A DNA stretch of 60,077 nt, from assembly GCA_035465695.1 (NCBI GenBank), contig DATIVR010000123.1:1-60077 (forward strand), given 5' to 3'. Below are positions 51,702 to 60,077 of the stretch, one piece after another. This DNA is from Gammaproteobacteria bacterium (GTDB lineage Bacteria; Pseudomonadota; Gammaproteobacteria; Natronospirales; REEB76). Made by a program: the position numbers and the translations under genes. Every line of letters begins with the position of its first letter. Within the stretch, counting starts at the first letter, position 1. Below the pieces are notes generated by a model, which was not told the origin of the DNA, did not search any database, and saw nothing but the letters and a program-made list of their open reading frames with translations.

Positions 51702-52418
51702 ATGCGCGAGAGCTCAGAGTCGTCTGAATTGAACACCATCATGCAGCCTTGCCCGGTATGCACGCTGCAGCCCGTCTGTGTTCCCTGGGGACTGGAACAG
51801 GACGACCTGGAGCGGCTTGAGCGAATCGTGGAGCATCCGGCCGCCTTCGCCTCAGGCAGCCAATTGTTCCGCTTCGGTGATCCTCTGCGCGCCATCTATG
51901 TGGTGCGCGGTGGCGCGTTCAAGAACTTCCGCACCGACAGCTGGGGTCGAGAGCGGGTGTTGGGCTTCAGCCTGGCGGGCGAACTGGTCGGAATCGACGG
52001 GATCTACCCGCGCCGCCACGTCTCCCATGCGGTCGCGTTGCAGGAGAGCCTGGTCTGCGCGCTGCCTTATGCAGCGCTGGCGGAACGCATGGAGCAGAGC
52101 GAGGGCCTGCGCCGCCAGATCTTCCGTCTGGTCAGCCGCGATACCGGCCAAAGCTTCGCCATGACACGTGACACCACGGCTGACCAGCGGGTGGCGCGTT
52201 TCCTGCTGGATGTCTCGCAGCGCCAGCAGCGCCAAAGCCGGTCCGCCACCCATCTGGACCTGCCGATGTCCCGGCTGGACCTGGGCAACTATCTGCGGCT
52301 GAGCGGCGAGGCAGTTGACCGGGTGTTCGAGCGCTTCGTCGCGCGCGACCTGCTGGTGCTTGGCGAAGGCAGGGTCGAACTGCTCGACCTGAAAAATATT
52401 ATTTCGGTAGCGCACTGA
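51702..52418 (+). CDS. fnr: FNR-type CRP-family transcriptional regulator
   Basis: N-terminal Cys cluster (CPVCTLQPVC) plus a central Cys, a cNMP-like barrel, and a C-terminal HTH (MSRLDLGNYLRLSGEAVDRVF). AGAGGGA lies 6 nt upstream of ATG 51702. Confidence 0.85.
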   Translation: MRESSESSELNTIMQPCPVCTLQPVCVPWGLEQDDLERLERIVEHPAAFASGSQLFRFGDPLRAIYVVRGGAFKNFRTDSWGRERVLGFSLAGELVGIDGIYPRRHVSHAVALQESLVCALPYAALAERMEQSEGLRRQIFRLVSRDTGQSFAMTRDTTADQRVARFLLDVSQRQQRQSRSATHLDLPMSRLDLGNYLRLSGEAVDRVFERFVARDLLVLGEGRVELLDLKNIISVAH

Positions 52419-52443
52419 GGCATTGACCTTAAACAGCCCGAGA

Positions 52444-52457
52444 GTGATGCTCATCAG
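52444..52457. promoter_or_regulatory. candidate FNR/CRP-family operator
   Basis: GTGAT-GCTC-ATCAG matches the TGAT-N4-ATCA core of the FNR consensus TTGAT-N4-ATCAA. It lies 105 nt upstream of the first hemerythrin gene. Confidence 0.35.
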
Positions 52458-52561
52458 CGGTCTTGAGGGGTTTATGTAATTGGGATGACACGACATGCTG
52501 GGCCGGTCGCGGCTCACCCGCGCGTGCGCCCGTAACCTGCGGATGCGCAGCACCGGAAGCC

Positions 52562-53131
52562 ATGTACCACGAACTCGCACACGATCTCACCGAAGCGCAC
52601 CGCAATATGGAGCGGGTGCTCACGCTGATCCAGCTGCAGATGGATTCGCTGAAGGAGGGCGGCGATCCCGAGGGTTTCCTGCTGCTCTGCAACGCCATCG
52701 GTTACATGCGCAACTATCCGGGCGTCATCCACCATCCCGTGGAAGAACTGATCTTCGGCAAGCTGATACGCCACGCGCCGGAGACCCGCACCGTGTGCGC
52801 GCGCCTGCACGAACAGCACCAAAATTTCCGCCAGCGCGAGAGCACGCTGCTGCGCCGGTTGCGCAGCGCCCAGGCAGGCGATGCCGCTGCCTGCCGGCAG
52901 GTCAAGACCCTGGCCAAGGCTTATTGCACCGAGCACGCCAGCCACATCCGCAGTGAGGAAGTGGACCTCATCCCTTGGGCGGTGCGCTGGCTGGATGCAG
53001 GCGATTGGGAGGAGGTCAGCGCCCGTGCCCGGACCTCCATCGATCCCGCGTTGGGACACAACGATCTCAAACAGTACGACAATCTCTACGACTATCTGAT
53101 GAATGCAGGCCGTAACTTCAACCTGCACTGA
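52562..53131 (+). CDS. hemerythrin (HHE cation-binding) domain protein, copy 1
   Basis: 189 aa from ATG 52562. His/Glu ligand contexts: HRNMERV, HHPVEELIF, HEQH, HIRSEE. Confidence 0.72.
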   Translation: MYHELAHDLTEAHRNMERVLTLIQLQMDSLKEGGDPEGFLLLCNAIGYMRNYPGVIHHPVEELIFGKLIRHAPETRTVCARLHEQHQNFRQRESTLLRRLRSAQAGDAAACRQVKTLAKAYCTEHASHIRSEEVDLIPWAVRWLDAGDWEEVSARARTSIDPALGHNDLKQYDNLYDYLMNAGRNFNLH

Positions 53132-53302
53132 CCCCGAAAGTCCCTGAAACCCATCTCTAATAAATATAAGCGACGAAAAGCCGCACGCGGACCCGATTGA
53201 GAGTAGGGTGGAGTTGCCCGACGCCCGTGTGGGCATGACACCCAATCCGCCTTGCAAGCGCGTTCTCTGTCACAGGCCAGACCGTGACACAGGAGACACG
53301 CC

Positions 53303-53894
53303 ATGCAGCCGCGACCGCAGCAGCACATCACACGCAACCTCACCGACGGCCACCGCAATATGGAGCGGGTGCTTACCCTGGTGCGCCTGCAACTCGACGC
53401 GATACGCGATGGAGCGGAGGCGGGCGCCGACTTCCGCTTGCTGGGGAGCGCCATCGTCTATATGCGTGACTATCCCGGCGTGAACCATCACCCGGTCGAA
53501 GAGCTGATCTTCGCTAAGCTGGTCGGATACGCCCCAGAGCATGGCTTGGCCTGCGCGGAGCTCGCCGGACAACACCGCAGTTTCGGCGAACGGGAGAAGG
53601 GCCTGCTGCACCATATCCGCAAGGCACGCCTGGGCGACGAGATGGCCCGCCGCCACGTGAAGGATCTCGGCACCGCCTACTGCGCCGACCACTCCAGCCA
53701 CATCCGCAGCGAGGAGGCGGACGTGTTTCCCGGCGCCGTGCGCTGGCTGACCCCGATGGACTGGCAGGAGGTGGCGCGGCGCTCGCGGGAAACCATCGAT
53801 CCCGAGCTGCAGCACAGCGAGTTGAAGCGCTACGACAACCTCTACGACCGGTTGATGGCCCTCGACGCAGATGTGAGCGGCAATCCTGCGCCCC

Positions 53895-53923
<29 letters not shown>
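53303..53923 (+). CDS. hemerythrin (HHE cation-binding) domain protein, copy 2 (paralog)
   Basis: 206 aa, AGGAG upstream. It shares blocks with copy 1: HRNMERVLTL, YPGV.HHPVEELIF.KL, SHIRSEE, AVRWL, YDNLYD. Confidence 0.72.
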
Positions 53924-56257
<2,334 letters not shown>

Positions 56258-56261
<4 letters not shown>

Positions 56262-58183
56262 GGTTCGGGCGTGGCGGCCGCGGTGGCGCCGCTGACGGGA
56301 GCCACGGTCGCGGGCAAGTCCACCGGGGCGAGGAGTTCCACCGATCCGTCATCGAAGTCGGCCCAGTCCAGGCGCCGGTGTACGCGGCCGTTCGGATCCA
56401 TGCTGAGGAAACCGGTGACACCCTGCACCGGAGTGCTGATGGTATGGGTGTTGTAAAGCAGGGGCACGAGCCGGTAGGCGTCGAACCCCAAGGCATAGAA
56501 GCGGCTGTTACCGGCGAAGTTGTTGGGCCAGTATCTCGCCAGTGCCCTGCGCATGTCCGCCACCGAGCCTGATTCTTCCAAGGTCCAGGGCATGTCGTCG
56601 AAGCTGATGCCGTTCAAGGTGGTGTTGTCCACGCTGTCGTCCAATACATAGACACGCGAAGTGGAATATACCGGCAGGTCCTCGCCGCGGTTGTAGGCGA
56701 TCTGCGGCTGCACGGTCCGTGCATCCTCGCTGGAGTTGGCGGCCAGGAACACGAACTGGATGTCCTGGCGCCGGCGCGGGTCGAATTCCATGTGCAGACC
56801 GATGGTGGAGGCGAGTTTCTGCTCGCGCTCCTCGCTCGCGTCCAGGCCGAACAATTGCGAGAGGATCGGGTCCACGTCATCGGGCCTGGTGTTGGGCGGA
56901 TAGGCCTGCATGCCCAGCAGCACGCCACCGAGCTGGCTGAAACGGGCGGCGAAGGCGTTGAACATGCGCGAGCCGACATCGTTGTTCGCCACCAATGCGA
57001 CTCCGTGGGTGCGGCCCTCGGCTACTGCGCGTTCCGCGACCTGGGCGGCCTCTCCTTCCGGCAGCAGGCCGAACTGGTAGAAACCGGACGGACCCCCGCG
57101 GTCATTGTCGAGATAGTTCAAGGCCAGCACCGGCACCGGCAACGAACTCTGGGCGGCCAGCGCCGCCACCGGGTCTTTGGTGAGCGGACCGATCACCATG
57201 TTGGCACCGTCGCCCACGGCCTTCTGATAAGCAGCCTGGGCGCTCGCCGCCGTGATCCCGGAGTCATAGAGGGTGATGGCGGGCGGCGTGCTGCCACCCA
57301 CCTGGTAGTAAGCAGCGAACAGCCCATCGCGCACCGCATCCGAGTAGGAGGGATATGCCGCAAGCGGCAAGAGCACGGCGATCCTGGGCGGAAATGACGT
57401 GAGCGCTTGTTGCTTGGCGATCAGGCTCGGGACCAACTGCTGTTCCGCCGGATGGTTGGGATAGCGGCTCTGCCAGTCTTTCACCTGTGCCAGGAACTTC
57501 TCCGGCTGTTGCCAGCTGGTGCGGTCGATGGCCGCCAGTTCCAGCCAACCCTTCGCCGTGTCAGAAAGACCGGCAGGCAGCTTGTTCACGTCGATGGGCG
57601 CATGGCTCTCGGTGAGGGTGTTCCAGATCAGGTCGTGGTTGGCCGCGATGTCCTTGCCGGTGGCTAGATAGCCATCGCGCTCGGTCCAATCCTCCACCGT
57701 GGCCGGGAGGTCATTCAACGCCAGGTGCGCTTGGCCGCGCACATACACGGCCTTGGCTTTCAGCTCCTGGGTCAAGGGCGTGAGCGGGAACCGGAGATGC
57801 TGGAGCGCCAGCTGCGGCTGGTGATCGGCCAGATAGAGCTGAGCCGTGAGGATCTCGATACGCGCCGAAAGGGCGGGATAGAGGCCCTTGGTAGGGACCT
57901 GTCTCACCAGGGTCCAGGCGTGCTGGGTGTCGCCAGCCTGCTGCCAGTCCTCGGCGGCGCTCGTCAGGAACCCTGGCCTATCCGAGGCCGGAGCGGTGGC
58001 TGCCATCTTCTCGTAGAGCGCCGCGGCCTCCGCATACCTGCCGCTCTCCTCCAGTTGTGCTGCGACACCGGCCTGGGTGGTGGGCGTCCGGCGCTCCGGT
58101 ACGGTATGACAGGCGGCAAGCAGCACGAAGGTGCTCGCCGCGGCAAGACGCAGGAGATTCTTGAGGGCCGGTTTGCCTTGCAT
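56258..58183 (-). CDS. lpoA: penicillin-binding protein activator LpoA (lipoprotein)
   Basis: From ATG 58183: a lipobox signal (AASTFVLLAAC), an N-terminal TPR-like region and a C-terminal periplasmic-binding-protein-like domain. Divergent from rsmI, as in E. coli. Confidence 0.78.
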
Positions 58184-58269
58184 GGCTGAAGGATTCCGTT
58201 GCAGGATGGGGCGGGCATCCATCATAACCGACCCGGCCCCCGGGCCAGGATTCCCCGAGGAATTCCCCG

Positions 58270-59127
58270 TTGTCGCGACAGCCTGGCGTGCTATATGTAG
58301 TGGCGACTCCGATCGGGAACCTGGCCGATATCTCCGCCCGCGCCCGTGAAGTGCTGGCGTCCGTGCATGTGGTGGCCGCGGAGGACACACGGCACAGCGG
58401 CGCCTTGCTGGCGCATCTGGGCGTGAAGACTCCGCTCATCTCGCTGCACGATCATAACGAGGCGGAACGCGCACCTGCACTGGTGGCCAGGCTGCAGGCG
58501 GGCGACTCTGTCGCATTGATCTCCGACGCGGGTACCCCGCTCATCAGCGACCCCGGTTTCGACCTGGTGCGCGCGTCGCGTGCCGCCGGCATCACCGTGA
58601 CCCCCGTGCCCGGAGCCTCCGCGCTGGTAGCCGCGCTCTCCGTCAGTGGGGTGCCTACCGACCGTTTCGTGTTCGAGGGCTTCCTGCCGGCCAAACAGTC
58701 CGCGCGGCGCGAGCGCCTGACGGAACTCGCTGCCGAGACCCGTACCCTGGTGTTCTACGAATCGGTGCACCGTCTCAAGGAGTCCCTGGCCGACATGGCG
58801 GCGGTCTTCGGCGCCGGACGCCGGGCGGTGCTGGCGCGCGAACTCACCAAACTCCACGAGAGCGTGCGGGATGCGACGCTGGAGGAACTGGTGGATTGGG
58901 CCGGCTCCGACCCTGCGGCCGCCAAGGGTGAGGTGGTGCTGATAGTGGCCGGTGCGGAAGCGGCGGAGGCCGGCACGCGGGATGTCGAAGCGGAACGTGT
59001 ATTGAAGTTGCTTCTCGCGGAACTGCCGGTTAAGCAAGCCGCCGTGCTGGCGGCGGACATCACGGGCCTGAAGAAGAACACCCTCTACGAGAAGGCGCTG
59101 GCATTAGCGGGGAAAAAGCCGGGCTGA
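58270..59127 (+). CDS. rsmI: 16S rRNA (cytidine1402-2'-O)-methyltransferase
   Basis: 285 aa (GVLYVVATPIGNLADIS, AEDTRHS, LISDAGTPLISDPG). TTG start. Confidence 0.9.
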   Translation: MSRQPGVLYVVATPIGNLADISARAREVLASVHVVAAEDTRHSGALLAHLGVKTPLISLHDHNEAERAPALVARLQAGDSVALISDAGTPLISDPGFDLVRASRAAGITVTPVPGASALVAALSVSGVPTDRFVFEGFLPAKQSARRERLTELAAETRTLVFYESVHRLKESLADMAAVFGAGRRAVLARELTKLHESVRDATLEELVDWAGSDPAAAKGEVVLIVAGAEAAEAGTRDVEAERVLKLLLAELPVKQAAVLAADITGLKKNTLYEKALALAGKKPG

Positions 59128-59148
59128 CTACGACGTATAATGTCCGCC

Positions 59149-59505
59149 GGAGTCGGCCAGGCAGTCGCGGTGCGCAAGCACCGAGGAAAGTCCGGGCTCC
59201 ATAGGACAGGGTGCCAGGTAACACCTGGGGGGCGTGAGCCCACGGACAGTGCCACAGAGAACAGACCGCCCAAGCGCGCAAGCGCCGGCAAGGGTGAAAA
59301 GGTGCGGTAAGAGCGCACCGCGCGGCGGGTAACCGGCCGCGGCACGGAAAACCCCACCCGGAGCAAGGCCAAATAGGGGAGCGAGCGGAGCGATCCGCAC
59401 GTGCGGTCCGCACGGCTCCCGGGTAGGCCGCTAGAGGCAGGGAGTGATCCCTGTCCCAGATGAATGGCTGTCCACGACAGAACCCGGCTTACCGGCCGAC
59501 TCCTT
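59149..59505 (+). ncRNA. rnpB: RNase P RNA, bacterial type A
   Basis: Colinear with E. coli M1 RNA from GGAGUCGGCCAGGCAGUCGC. Contains GAGGAAAGUCCGGGCUCCAUAGGACAGGGUGCCAGGUAACACCUGGGGGG, GGUAAGAGCGCACCGCGCGG, CCCGGAGCAAGGCCAAAUAGGGG and AGAUGAAUGGCUGUCCACGACAGAACCCGGCUUACCGGCCGACUCC, then a U-run. TATAAT at 59136-59141 lies 7 nt upstream. Confidence 0.93.
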
Positions 59506-59724
59506 ATTTTTTCCTTCCGGGGCTTCTTACCCAGCTCTAAGTTGAGCATTCTTTGCTCAAGGCTTTGTTTTGTCTGGATTTTGCTCAAAAAATAGGCAAA
59601 TTTGTTAAGGTCACGCATAAGGTCATATTTATAACTACTTGATATATAAAATAGTTTTTGGATCATTTTTGCGCCAAATTCTCTCCTAAGTCCCTGTCCT
59701 GCAAGCAAATTTTCCTATTTTTCC

Positions 59725-59753
59725 CTTGACCTGCCTCCGTTTGCTTTCTATAG
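59725..59753 (+). promoter_or_regulatory. sigma70 promoter of the mraZ/dcw cluster (Pmra-like)
   Basis: TTGACC (59725-59730), a 17-nt spacer, then TATAGT (59748-59753). Confidence 0.6.
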
Positions 59754-59787
59754 TGTGGGCAGGTGGGAAAAAGTGGAACGAAATGGG
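59754..59787 (+). promoter_or_regulatory. candidate MraZ operator: four GTGGG-like direct repeats at ~10-bp spacing
   Basis: GTGGG 59754, GTGGG 59763, GTGGA 59773, ATGGG 59783, immediately downstream of the -10. E. coli MraZ binds TGGGN direct repeats with the same periodicity at its own promoter. Confidence 0.5.
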
Positions 59788-59819
59788 TCAAGCGACCCAT
59801 ATCGGAGGCGGGACGGGCG

Positions 59820-60077
59820 ATGTTTCGGGGTATCAACAACCTGACCCTCGACGCGAAGGGGCGGCTTGCCGTCCCTGCCCGCTATCGCGAGCGCATCCAG
59901 GAAGCCTGTCGCGGCCAACTGGTGGTGACCATCGATCGCGATCATTGCCTGCTCCTCTATCCCCTCCCGGAATGGGAGTCACTCGAGGAACGCCTGGTGC
60001 GCCTGCCGAGCCTCAACAAGCAGGCTCGTGAATTGCAGCGCCTGCTGCTGGGCCATGCCACCGAGGTGGAGATGGAT
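59820..60077 (+). CDS. mraZ: transcriptional regulator MraZ, N-terminal part; 3' end lies outside the window
   Basis: Own translation: [59 protein letters not shown].... GGAGG lies 11 nt upstream. The frame is open to the window end. Confidence 0.9.
   Translation, partial: MFRGINNLTLDAKGRLAVPARYRERIQEACRGQLVVTIDRDHCLLLYPLPEWESLEERLVRLPSLNKQARELQRLLLGHATEVEMD

Noticed and set aside
59085-59708. 207-aa minus-strand ORF, plus the 59060-59413 and 59128-59400 ORFs.
   Set aside because: They lie antisense to RNase P RNA, whose identity is unambiguous. The N-terminal part only extends into the AT-rich spacer.

Overview
High-GC, densely packed chromosomal segment that looks gammaproteobacterial. 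It holds about 60 protein genes, RNase P RNA and one riboswitch. Almost all of it is core housekeeping in familiar synteny blocks: mpl; hemL and thiE-thiD; cysK, ilvE, ahcY-metK; exbB-exbD-tonB; tkt-gap-pgk-pyk; rapZ-hpf-rpoN-lptB-lptA-lptC-kdsC-kdsD; ibaG-murA; petABC-sspAB; fnr; diaA-yraN-lpoA divergent from rsmI-rnpB-mraZ. I saw no transposase, integrase, tRNA, rRNA or CRISPR array. Three elements missing from the ORF track are supported by the sequence: a 54-codon rubredoxin (7502-7666), an SAH riboswitch in front of ahcY (12922-12994, minus strand) and RNase P RNA (59149-59505). The only stretch that looks accessory is about 25.1-37.2 kb. It carries a 1238-aa S8 subtilase with a GlyGly-CTERM-like tail, an ABC-2/DesK-type kinase/LuxR regulator operon, a penicillin-acylase-family protein, an orphan ParA-like ATPase and a patatin-like lipase. 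I did not find a convincing, complete, previously undescribed multi-gene system. The best leads are: a membrane Ser/Thr kinase with a periplasmic TonB C-terminal domain, paired with a PP2C phosphatase and wedged between hemL and thiE-thiD; fnr followed by two tandem hemerythrin-domain paralogs, the first behind an FNR-type box; a roughly 180-nt multi-hairpin intergenic element at 18.55-18.73 kb; a long structured metK leader that matches no SAM riboswitch class I know; and an rpoN locus lacking ptsN and npr, with an unusually long lptB-rpoN spacer. All functional calls rest on motif recognition by eye. No database search was run.
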